Positions 53,278 to 64,000 of a stretch of DNA of 64,000 nt are shown piece by piece. A model generated the notes under the pieces. It had not been told where the DNA came from. It did no database searches and worked only from the letters and a program-made list of their open reading frames with translations. Positions within the stretch are counted from its first letter, which is position 1. Each line of letters opens with the position of its first letter. Made by a program: the position numbers and the translations under genes. The DNA comes from Stegostoma tigrinum (lineage: Eukaryota). The DNA lies in the NCBI RefSeq assembly GCF_030684315.1, contig NC_081364.1:16273286-16337285 (forward strand). Reading direction: 5' to 3'.

Positions 53278-53464
53278 TAACTACAATAACCACTTGTATT
53301 TATAGAGTATCTTTAATGTAATAAACCATCCCAAGGCATTTCACAGTATTGATATTGTTTCCATTGAGTAAAACAAAGATACGACAGAACAGCTCGGTCA
53401 AAGTGGCCAATTTTAAGACTTGTCGTAAAGGAATAGTCTGAGATGGAAAGTTGCAGGGCTTTAG

Positions 53465-53590
53465 GGAGATAGCAAGAACTGCAGATGCTGGAGTTAGAGA
53501 TAACACAGTGTGGAGTTGGAAGAACCCAGTAGGCCAGCCAGCATCAGAGGAGTGGAAAGGTGACGTTTCAGGTCAGGACCCTTCTTTAGC
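53465..53590 (-). mobile_element. Single-arm mini-PLE, family B (similar copy at 36392-36505)
   Basis: Tail through hammerhead; flanking repeat ggctttagggag. Confidence 0.72.
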
Positions 53591-54732
53591 ATTTAGGCTT
53601 TAGGGAGTATGTTTCAAGTTTAGTGCTAAGGCTGCTGGAGACATGGCTGCCATTGGTGGGGCAATGAAAACTGGAGGTGCACCAGAGACCAGAATTAGAG
53701 GATGCAGAGATCTCGGAGGCTTGTTTGTAAGGCTGGAGGACATCAGACGTATTTTCTGTGGCAATGTTTCAACTAATCTCTCCAGAAAAGAATTTCTCCA
53801 GACCACTCTCCTCACCCCGTATCCACACAGTCATTATATGAGACAGCTATTACTTTCCAGAATGGAGTTTTACTCAGGCCTGTGAATTTTATGCAGCTGG
53901 CATACTTTACAATGGAAATCACAGATTCATCAAGCAGCAAGGAATGAAGTGGTACAAGGATCAGGACAGAAAAGAACTGGGATAGTTCAGTGGGAACCCA
54001 ATCTACAGACCAAAGTTACAATTCAAGCTGGAAGGATTAAACATATTAATTGCACCCTACCTCTTGTTGGATAAGGGAGGTTTGACAGTGTGGAGTTCAT
54101 TCTACTTCCCAATATCTTTGCCAGACACCTACACAAGCCACATGCTGCCAAGCTGCCTTCAGTGGCTGTGAATAAGCTCTCCAACTGCTATCGGGATGTA
54201 CCATGTAAATATACATAATTTACTTGTGTTGGGGTGGCTTGTAAACCGTGAGTTTGATGGTGGAGTTGGGGTACTTTTTTTTGCTGGAAAGATTGTAATG
54301 TTTCTGCCAAATTGTTTTAAGGGACTCTACAAATTAAGGAGTAAGTTAATTAGGAATTGCCCTGATCACCTCTTCAAGCTTCGAGTTATAAAATATCTTG
54401 GCTAGTTTAGTTATTCAGCAGAAAATGTGACAGATTCTGTCTATAATTGGGAATAGAGGGATGAACGTTTTAAGGAGAGAGATAAAATGTTAGAACCCAG
54501 TGGCTCTCCGGAAAGGAACTGGAATATCTACCTGCAAGGGACCAAAGAAGCTTCAAAGAGTGAACATGTGCTATTAACAGAACTTTAATCTTGTGGGAGT
54601 TGTCTCAGGCTGTGAACATGATGGCAAAAGAGACAGCAGTCTGGACAAAAAAAAATCTCATTTTGTACTTGCAAGTTTTTAAAAATTTCCATTTTTCACA
54701 CAGAATAAGGGGTGAAAAGTGAGCTTCAACAC

Positions 54733-54735
<3 letters not shown>

Positions 54736-54764
<29 letters not shown>
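54736..54764. repeat. (TG)n microsatellite
   Basis: About 14 TG units, seen directly. Confidence 0.95.
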
Positions 54765-54768
<4 letters not shown>

Positions 54769-54799
54769 ATGTGCGTGATTGGCCCAATAAATTTGGGTT

Positions 54800-54910
54800 A
54801 GGAACAAAATCAGAAGTTGCTGGAAAAGCTCAGCAAGTCTGGCAGCATCTGTGAAGAAAAAGGTCAGAGTTTACGCTTCGGGTCCGATGACCCTTCCTCA
54901 GAACTGATGG
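54800..54910 (-). mobile_element. Single-arm mini-PLE, family C
   Basis: Minus strand reads agttCTGAGGAAGGGTCATCGGACCCGAAGCGTAAACT, a hammerhead-like motif. Confidence 0.75.
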
Positions 54911-55059
54911 TACCCCAGCATGCTAGAAGGGAGCAGGCCAGTCAAAATAAATTAGGACAAAGGAATTTTAGTCAACCTGCAAAGCCATGAATCTTGATAT
55001 CAACTTCCAACACGGCCTAATGAAGCCCATCATTAACAATAAGATGGGAATTTGATTCT

Positions 55060-55645
55060 ACAATGAACCTGCAGTGATCACTCTTACTGATACTGTCATG
55101 GACAGCTGCATCTGTGACAAGTAAGTAGTTGAAGACAGGTCAAATACATTTTCCCCCTCTTATTAGTTCCTACAGCACTGACCACAGACACAGTCTAGCA
55201 GATTTGCCCTTTGGACTTGGGCAGAATCTCAGAATCGTTACAGTGCATAAAGAGGCTGTAAAACCCATTGTTCCCTCACTGTTTCTCCACATGAGCATCA
55301 CGGTTTAAATTAGTCAGTTGTAACGCTCCTGAACCATGCTAGGCAATGAACATTTAAGCCTTCCATCCATAGTGCACTCTGAGCTTTTTCCACCCTGAGG
55401 ACTTTTTCCAACACGTGTTCAGGATGGAAGAGTACTGATTCATCAGCCAATTGAAGCGATGGTTGGTAGGTGGTAATCAGCAGGCTGGTTCCTTCTCCAT
55501 GAGATTTCATCGCGTTCAATGTCAACGCTGAGGACTCCCAACGCAACTCCCTCCCTCCCATGTATCACTGAGTCACCACCTCTGGTGTGTCTATCCTGGC
55601 AGAGGGATAAAACATATCCAATAGTGGTGATGGCAGTGACTGTCA
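55060..55645 (-). mobile_element. CR1-group family 2 LINE endonuclease fragment
   Basis: GYVLSLCQDRHTRGG; homologous to 61660-62100. Confidence 0.65.
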
Positions 55646-55805
55646 ATCAATAAAAGCTGAGGGTGGCTAATAACCTCACAAGGTCAGTATTACGACAACA
55701 GATCCCAGAGCCAATACTGCTCAGTGAAGGTTACACTTTGTGACTTAATTGGAACTTCCTCTGATTTCATCACAATGTTTTTTAAACTGAACATAATTGA
55801 AATGT

Positions 55806-56857
55806 ATCAGAGATAATGGGAACTGCAGATGCTGGAGATTCCAAGATAATAAAATGTGAGGCTGGATGAACACAGCAGGCCAAGCAGCATCTCAGGAGCA
55901 CAAAAGCTGACGTTTCGGGCCTAGACCCTTCATCAGAGAGGGGGATGGGGGGAGGGAACTGGAATAAATAGGGAGAGAGGGGGAGGCGGACCGAAGATGG
56001 AGAGTAAAGAAGATAGGTGGAGAGGGTGTAGGTGGGGAGGTAGGGAGGGGATAGGTCAGTCCAGGGAAGACGGACAGGTCAAGGAGGTGGGATGAGGTTA
56101 GTAGGTAGCTGGGGGTGCGGCTTGGGGTGGGAGGAAGGGATGGGTGAGAGGAAGAACCGGTTAGGGAGGCAGAGACAGGTTGGACTGGTTTTGGGATGCA
56201 GTGGGTGGGGGGGAAGAGCTGGGCTGGTTGTGTGGTGCAGTGGGGGGAGGGGATGAACTGGGCTGGTTTAGGGGTGCAGTAGGGGAAGGGGAGATTTTGA
56301 AGCTGGTGAAGTCCACATTGATACCATATGGCTGCAGGGTTCCCAGGCGGAATATGAGTTGCTGTTCCTGCAACCTTCGGGTGGCATCATTGTGGCAGTG
56401 CAGGAGGCCCATGATGGACATGTCATCAAGAGAATGGGAGGGGGAGTGGAAATGGTTTGCGACTGGGAGGTGCAGTTGTTTGTTGCGAACTGAGCGGAGG
56501 TGTTCTGCAAAGCGGTCCCCAAGCCTCCGCTTGGTTTCCCCAATGTAGAGGAAGCCGCACCGGGTACAGTGGATGCAGTATACCACATTGGCAGATGTGC
56601 AGGTGAACCTCTGCTTAATGTGGAATGTCATCTTGGGGCCTGGGATGGGGGTGAGGGAGGAGGTGTGGGGACAAGTGTAGCATTTCCTGCGGTTGCAGGG
56701 GAAGGTGCCGGGTGTGGTGGGGTTGGAGGGCAGTGTGGAGCGAAAAAGGGAGTCACGGAGAGAGTGGTCTCTCCGGAAAGCAGACAGGGGAGGGGATGGT
56801 GGGGTCGGATTGTAAATGGCGGAAGTGTCGGAGGATAATGCGTTGTATCCGGAGGTT
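55806..56857 (-). mobile_element. Neptune PLE family A, 3' part with GIY-YIG endonuclease and full tail
   Basis: CNRRKCYTC Cys linker followed by FTCTSANVVYCIHC..C..LYIGETKRRLGDRFAEH (GIY-YIG). The 3' region is near-identical to 8560-9004. Confidence 0.92.
55906..55936 (-). ncRNA. Minimal hammerhead ribozyme motif (CTGATGAAGGGTCTAGGCCCGAAACGTCAG), sense to the host pre-mRNA
   Basis: Intact core boxes, GGGT/GCCC stem II and palindromic ACGT in place of stem III. Confidence 0.7.
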
Positions 56858-57836
56858 GTTCTGCTTTAGAAGTGGGTGTCTGAAGATTTGAACACTATGA
56901 GTAGTGAGATATGCAGCTGGGAATCCGCCTTTATCTGCATTATGAAAAGGAGGATGACAAGGACACATTGCAGTGTTGGACTGGTAAACGAGTGTGAGAC
57001 AATGTCAAAGATTGTTGCAGACAACTGCAATGATGCATTTGTATCTATTCTACAGAAATTATTTGACCTTGCAACTACACTTAAATTTCATGATATTTCA
57101 AAGATTCACTTTCTTGACGAATCTCTCTTTCCTTAATATTTCTATTGTCGTCCTCACTTTAATTATCCTCTCAAATGTAGGTTCCATCTCTTTAACATTA
57201 AACATCTATCACCAAGAAACTGGGATTTCTATTCTCTGAGGCTTCTCATTCTATTACACGCAAGTTCTAAAAAGGTATTACTTCTGCTCCCTAAACTCTC
57301 ATGATTGAAATCTGAATTCATCACACCTGGTACTCATCCTTTCTCAAATCTCAAAACTATGCAATGTATCTATTTTTGCTTTCAGTACAGATTCTAGCAT
57401 CTGCAGCAATTTGCTCCGGCAATATATCACCTTCTGTCAACTCTTTCTCCAGTGATCGAGGTAATTTTTAAACTCCAGCCTTGCCATCAGTTTTCTATAG
57501 TTGTATTACCCTCGCCTCCTTATGTTTTTGAAGTTTGGTAGTTTTCCTTCACTGTGGCTTTATCTTTTTGAGAACTGATCTCCGAACAAAGCTAGATAGT
57601 ATTTACTGAATACAAGACTAACAAAAGCAAACTAATAAATGGTGAAGAGAGAGAGAACTTACTGTATCATCCACTGATGAGATTGTGAATCCTCCCTGCT
57701 TTTGGAGTAACATGATGTGTAACAACATGCTAGTGTATCCAGAGATGGCCTGAATTCCCCGTTTTTGTTTGAAAACCCGTTCTTTACAAAAGCAAGTGGA
57801 ATGTACTGTTTAACAAGCTCCTGAAAGACTTCTTAC

Positions 57837-58330
57837 CTGTCTGCTTACTGCCGTATGTCGGTCGTACTGCAATCCAATCCTCAAGAAACACTGTTTTGTC
57901 CTTGTTGTGCGATCCCTGGACTTGAAGCCAGACGTTCAAACATCAGTAAACAAAGGAGACAGAGAAAGAGAGAGATAGAGGGACTTTTGCAAAGCTCGCA
58001 CTTCCCACACACAACCCAAATTCAAGTCCTCTTCTTGTGTTGTTGCGCAGCGTTGTCAGTCGCTTGGGATATTGGCAACAACAGGTTGCCTCACGCAAAT
58101 TTAACTTTTGAACTCCGCTCCCGTGATAGGTCACATTATAATTTGAAAACCACGACTCCACTTCCAAAGCAAAAATATTCCAAGTGCATAGTCAGACGCA
58201 CCTGATCAACAAGCAGGCTCTCGAATGGCAAAGTTTTGTTGGAATCGATCCGTCGATGCGTTTGGCTTGGTGCCAAGTCCCACAATGTTTCAGTCACGGC
58301 GCTTCAGTAGGTAAATGCTCGCTGATTGCT
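57837..58330 (-). other. Putative non-coding first exon (5' UTR) of the SARG-family gene
   Basis: Strong donor CAG|GTAAGA at 57837/57836 within a unique, CpG-enriched stretch. The 5' end is estimated from the TATA-like box. Confidence 0.55.
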
Positions 58331-58860
58331 GCGTAATCTGGACTAAAGGAAAATTAGATTATATAAAAGTAGTAATCGATTTAGGTTCATTCGCAATTCG
58401 CAACTGGGCCAAACGCTTTCCGGTCTGTGCCTGGCTGATTGATTTTTTAACCAGGATTTTGTTGCGCCTATTGGATCTGAGGAATGGAAGATTTATCACG
58501 ATTCCGGCTTGTGTTTACAGTACAGCTGCTGACTGGATGTTGTGTGGGTGTGTATGTGTGGGGACGGGGGGAACCGGGAGAGGAAGAGAGGAAAGAGATA
58601 ATGAAAGGGTATTCCTCGTGAAAACAGAACCGTGATTGAGCTGCGATGACTTTCGCAGTCAATGGCAGGGAATCCTGCAGCGAATAATTCACCTTCTCAC
58701 TCCCCAAAGCCTGTCCACCAACTTTAAGTCAGGAATGTGATGGAATGCGGCCCACATGCAGCTCCAATTACACTCGGGAAACTGGACACCACCCAAAATA
58801 AAGCAGCTCAGTACCTCACCGCCAATCCACCACCTTTAAAATTCAGCCCCTTCGCCACGG
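58330..58860 (-). promoter_or_regulatory. Putative promoter / CpG-enriched region
   Basis: CpG density is visibly higher than in the rest of the window (about 57850-58860). Minus-strand TATATAAT at about 58359-58366 and CCAAT at about 58470-58474. Confidence 0.45.
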
Positions 58861-58864
58861 ACGT

Positions 58865-59080
58865 GCAGTGCCCTCAGAGACGTTAGTGAACCAGATGGGG
58901 TTTTCTTTTACAATTGTCAATGGTTTAATGATCATCATTAGGCTTTTCATTCCAGATTTTTATTGAATTCAAATTCTATCATCTGTCATGATGAGATTTG
59001 AACCCAGGTCCCTGCAACATTATTTGAGTCTCTGGGTTAACAGTCTAGTGGTTATATTATTAGGCCAATGCTTCCCCAGA
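58865..59080 (-). mobile_element. tRNA-head SINE copy (shorter copy at about 51045-51145)
   Basis: Reverse complement of the 1355 head (tggcctaata..gggttcaaatc). Confidence 0.7.
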
Positions 59081-59399
59081 CTAGCAATGAGTTAATAAAT
59101 GCTGGCTGCTCAGTGATACCCACTCCTCAGGCATGAATACATTTTTAAAAAAAGGGACCAGAGTCCTGTTTAATGAAAGAAACTATTGGATAAACATTAA
59201 CTTTTGTGCACTTGATTTTAGCCCTTTGGATCATCAGCGAGAGAAGATGGCCGTTGGAATGACAATGGATGGAGGTGGTGTAAGGCCAAAAAGGCACGGC
59301 AGCAAAAATATAAACGTCATTGCTCCTGTGAAATTCTAGGATGTCCAATGTCTAGGATAAATTTTCATGTTTCTGTGTTAAGTAGATTGCAGGGTACTT

Positions 59400-60010
59400 G
59401 CACCTTAACTGTTTTGTGAAGTGGTTCAGACACCTCTCAGTTGTGTAAAACTGTTACAGAGAGGTTGAAGAATAATAAAAGTAATGGATCATCTGGCATC
59501 GATGTCAGGTCCAGAAATGATGAAGCCACTGCTTTTCCGGCAGCATCTTTCTGACAACCATCTGGAGACTTGTATCAAATTGGGAGAGCTGCCTGACAGA
59601 CTAGTCAAGCAATTGCCGAATCAAAATCAACCATTACTGCTAAGTGTCAGTGGACAGACCACCAGTGGTGGCAGAACACTGATATCCATTGGCTTGGGAG
59701 TGGCCTTGAGCATCCCCAAAATTGACTGTGGACCCCATGAAGTATCATAGCGTCAGGTCAGATGTGAACAAAGAAATCTCACCAATCACCTTCCCTCCAT
59801 TGATGCATCAGCATTTTGCCATACTATTCATGATACCAAAAAAAACAGTGAGGGCAGCAAGGGAACAGAGTGGAATCTGGTTTGGGAAGGATGTTTAAAG
59901 ATCCTTCACCAAGGATAGCATCTCAACTGACCAAGTTGACCAACTCCTAAAGACTAGGCATATGGTTGATGATAAAATAATAAACGAGAGGGAAAAAAGC
60001 CTACATGACC
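59400..60010 (+). mobile_element. Degenerate 5' fragment of the family 2 LINE
   Basis: KLGELPDRLVKQ; homologous to 61400-62000. Confidence 0.6.
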
Positions 60011-61133
60011 TTAGGCTCATTGGTAAATTTGTCACTGATGCATCTGTCCGAATCAGTATTAGTAGGTGATTCAACTGCACAGTCCTTTTGGAGTCAAAGG
60101 CCCAACTCACTTATTCTTTATGCAAATCACTTTGGCTGTCATCTCAGCTTCAGACTTCAGTTCTGATACTATTTTTTCTCTAGTCCTTGGTTCTAGTCCT
60201 TGCTCAGTGGTTAGTGACCATTAATTTTCTTTTTCTCTGGTTCTCACTTATACTTTCATCCTCTGCATTTACTCATATATACCATATTTTTCTGTCTCTC
60301 TGCCATTATCTCCTCTTGTCAATCTACATCTCCCCCTTAAACTGCCTTTTTAGCTTACAATGTTACTCTGGAATAACAGTTCATCCTGTGACTGGTACTG
60401 CTTCTTTCTCTCCGTGTAGAAATGCTATCCTCTGTTAACAACGTCATTACAAAACCTGATTTTCCAGAGAAAGAGAACTGGTGCAAATAATACATTAATG
60501 CAAAGCTGCAACAAACCCTGCGGGTCCACAACCTTTCAGAAACAAGTGGATCCAATTTAAATAAACTCACAGCAGCCATAAAGAAACTCAATTATTCACA
60601 CAAAGGCAAGGACTAATCAGCAAACAGTTGCGTGCAATGTCAAATAGAATGGATCAATGTGTATTTGTTTTATTTAACTGGGCAGAAAGGAGGGGAAAGG
60701 AATTCAGAGAAATAAAGCCATAAATTCACATGTAGACAAGAAAAGGCATAGAGGCAGTGATAGAGACAAGGGCAGAAAGAATTCAAAGCCAATAGGAAAA
60801 AAGAACTATATAAAATGAGACACAGGCATACAAGGAAATGAAAAGGAGATGGTTAGAGATTTAAAAAAAGACAGGGAGCGGAACGCCAATGGGAATAAAT
60901 AAAACACCCTGCTGTGGTAACATTCAGAATTAAAGGGCTACTCTAGTAAACCCAGTGTAAACTTTCTGAAGCCGAGCAGAAAATAAAGAGAGAAGGCCAA
61001 ATAAATGGCTTTTAAATATTTTTAGTTTTGTTACCACCTAGTATTTAAAGTTACCACTACATATCACTGTCAAGATCATTGATAATTTGTATGGCCTGAT
61101 GCCATGGGCCACTTAAGCAACAACAAAGTCAAA

Positions 61134-63870
61134 GGGGAGGCAATGGCCTTGTGGTATTATAGCTAGACTATTAATCCAGGAAACTCAGCTCATGCTCTGG
61201 GGACCTGGTTTCAAATTATGGAATTTGAATTCAATTTTTTAAAATCTGGAATTAGAAATTTAGTGATGACAGTTAAACCACTGCCAATTGTTGGAAAAAC
61301 CCATCTGACTCATTAATGCCCTTTAAGAAATGAAATCTGCCATCCTCATCTGGTCTGGCCCACATGTAACTCCAGATCTACCCTCAACTGCCCCTCTGAA
61401 TGATCTAGCAAGCCACTCAGTTGTATCAATTGCTATGAAGTATCAACAAAGAAATGAAACTGGACAGACCACCTGTTATCAAACTAGACACAGGAAATGA
61501 CAACAGCAAAAGTAGCCCTGTTGGCCCTGAAAAGTCCTCATCCCTAACATCTGAGGGCTAGTGTCAAAATTTGGAGAGCTGTCTCACAGACTAGTCAAGC
61601 AACAGTCTAACATAATCATACTCGCGGCATCATAACTCACAGCCAATGTTCCAGACACCAGCATCACCATCTCTGGGTATGTCCTATTTCATTGGCAGGA
61701 CAGACCCAGCAGAGGTGGTGGTACAATAATATACAGTTGGAAGGGAGTTGTCCTGGACCTTCTGAAGTCTCATGACATCAAGTTACATGTGGGCAAAGAA
61801 AGCTCCACATACCATCCTTCCTCAGTTGTTTCTCCATGTTGAACAATACTTGGGACAAAGCACTGAGGGTGGCAAGAGCAGAATATATAATCTGGGTGGG
61901 GTCTTAAATGTCCACTACCAAGATTGGCTTGGCAGCTGCATGATTGATTGAGTTGGTTGGGTCCTAAAGGACATAGCTGCTAGACTCGTTCTGTGGCACG
62001 TGGTGAGGGAAACAACAAGAGAGAAAACCATACTTGACCCCATCCTTACAAATTGGCAGATACATCTTTCCATGAAATTATCGGTAAGAGTGACCACCAC
62101 ACAGTCCTCATAGACTCAAAGTCCCACCTTCACATTGGGAGTACCATCCATTGTGTTGTGTGGCACTGTCCTCATGCTAAATGGGACAGACTTCGATCGC
62201 AGCTAACAACTCAAAACAGAGTATCCATGGGGTACTGTGGGCCATCAACAGCAACAGAATTGTACTCCAGCACAATCTACAACTGTGGCCTGGCATATCC
62301 CTATTCTATAACTACCGTCAAGCCAAGGGGTCAGCCCTGGTTCAATTGAGTTTGCAGGAGGGCATGTCTGGAGTAGCACCAGCCATACATAAAACTGTGT
62401 GATAGAGCTAAGCTTTCAGAACCAACAGATCTGATCTAAGCCCTGCAATCCTGCCACATCCAGTCATGAATGGTGGTGGACAATTAAACAACTCACTGGA
62501 GGAATAAGCTTCACAAATATCCCTATCCTCAATGATGGAAGATCCAAACACATCAGTGCAAAAGATAAAGCAGAAGCATTCACGACAACCTTCAGGCAAA
62601 AGTTCCAAGTGCATGATCCATCTTGGTCTCCTCCAGTGGCCCATAACATCATAGATTCCAATCTTCAGCCAACTCGATTCACTACAGATGATATCAAGGA
62701 ATGGTGGAGGCAATGTATACTGCAAAGGTTATGGGTCCTGACAACATTCTGGCATTACTATTGAAGATTCCAGAATTTTCTGCACTCATTGCCACTGGCA
62801 TCTACCCAACAAGGTGGAAAATTGCTGAGGTACGGCCTGCTTTTTTAAGCAATCCAACCCAGCCGATTATTGCCTCCGTCAGTAATTGGCAAATGATGGA
62901 AGATGTTGTCAACAGTGCTACCAACAGAACATGCTCAGTAATAACTTGCTCAGTCATGCCCAGTTTAGGATCTGCCAGGGCCACTCAGCTCCTGACCTCA
63001 TTACAGCCTTGGTTCAAACATGGACAAATGAGTTGAATTCCAGAGGTGAGGTGAGACTGATAGCCCTTGACATCAAGGCTGCATTCAACAGAGGATGGCA
63101 GCAAGAAGCCTGAGCAAAACTGGAGTCAATGAGAATTGGGGGCAAAGTCTCCACTGTTTGGAATCATACCTGACACAAGATGGTCATCGTTATTGGAGGT
63201 CAGTCATCTCAGCTCCAGGGTCTCTCTGCAGGAGTTCATCAGGGTAGATCAAGCACCTTCAAGCCCAAGCACCTTCAGCTCCTTCATTAAATGACCTTCT
63301 CTCCATCATAAGGTCAGAAGAGGGGATGTTTGTCAAAGATAGCACAATGTTCAGCACCATTCGTGACTCATCAGATACTGAGGCAGTCCAAATTCAAATG
63401 GAACAAGATCTAGGCATTATCCAGGCTTGGGCTGGCAAGTGATAAGTAATTTTCACAACATACAGCTGCCAGGCAATGACTGTCACCAATAAGAGACAAT
63501 CTAACCACCAGTCCTTGATACAGAATTGTGTTACCATACTGGATCCACCACTGTCAACATCCTGGAGGTTACATTGACCACAAACTCAACTGGACTCACT
63601 ACATGAACCTAATGACTACAAGAGCAGGTCAGAGGATAGGAATCCTGTAACAAGTAACTCACCTCCTGACTCTCCAAAGCCTGTCCACCATCTACAAGGC
63701 ACAAGTCAGGAGTTTGATGGATTGCTCCTCGCTCACGAGGATGGGTGCAGCTCCAATACATTCAAGAAGCTTGATACCATCCAAGACAAAGCAGCCTATT
63801 TGACTGGCACCACATCCACAAATATCCAATCCCTTCACCACCGTCACTTTGTTGCAGCAGTATGTACAAT
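61134..63870 (+). mobile_element. Near full-length degenerate CR1-group LINE (family 2) with a tRNA-like 5' head; APE + RT pseudo-ORF
   Basis: Head TGGCCTTGTGG..ggtttcaaat; remnants NI*GLVSKFGELSHRLVKQ, IGKSDHHTV, GPDNI, WKIAEV, ALDIKAAFNR, SAGVHQG. Confidence 0.8.
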
Positions 63871-63877
63871 CAACAAT

Positions 63878-64000
63878 ATAATAAAATGTGAGGCTGGATG
63901 AACACAGCAGGCCAAGCAGCATCTCAGGAGCACAAAAGCTGACGTTTCGGGCCTAGACCCTTCATCAGATCATCTCTGATGAAGGGTCTAGGCCCGAAAC
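63878..64000. mobile_element. Palindromic mini-PLE, family A (runs off the window end)
   Basis: Arm, centre (atcagatcatctctgatg) and the start of the inverted arm, with hammerhead cores on both strands. Confidence 0.88.

Noticed and set aside
57837-57943. ATG 57943 as the main start codon
   Set aside because: It hits TGA after 20 codons, before the donor.
57855-58635. Plus-strand ORFs (116 aa, 106 aa) as a divergent gene
   Set aside because: Non-ATG or weak starts, no recognisable motifs and no downstream exons found.

Overview
Repeat-rich vertebrate genomic DNA. HE1-like and SacSINE1/DeuSINE-like SINEs and the CR1/Neptune repertoire point to a shark; this is an inference. The only host gene I can support is on the minus strand: a spliced, roughly 310-aa SARG/PROSER2-family protein. 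It has a putative non-coding first exon in a CpG-rich region near 58 kb and coding exons at 52196-52122, 32993-32789 and 29999-29347. The rest is mostly transposon debris: CR1, a second CR1-group LINE with a tRNA-like head plus a matching SINE, Rex1/Babar, RTE, L2, Gypsy (Mag-like and Gmr1/SCAN-like) and Neptune-clade Penelope-like elements (PLEs). The most striking structure is about 20 short PLE-terminus insertions from three families. Many are head-to-head palindromes with target-site duplications (TSDs), folding back at a minimal hammerhead-ribozyme motif (CTGANGA..GAAAC). One of these hairpins lies in the predicted 3' UTR of the host gene.
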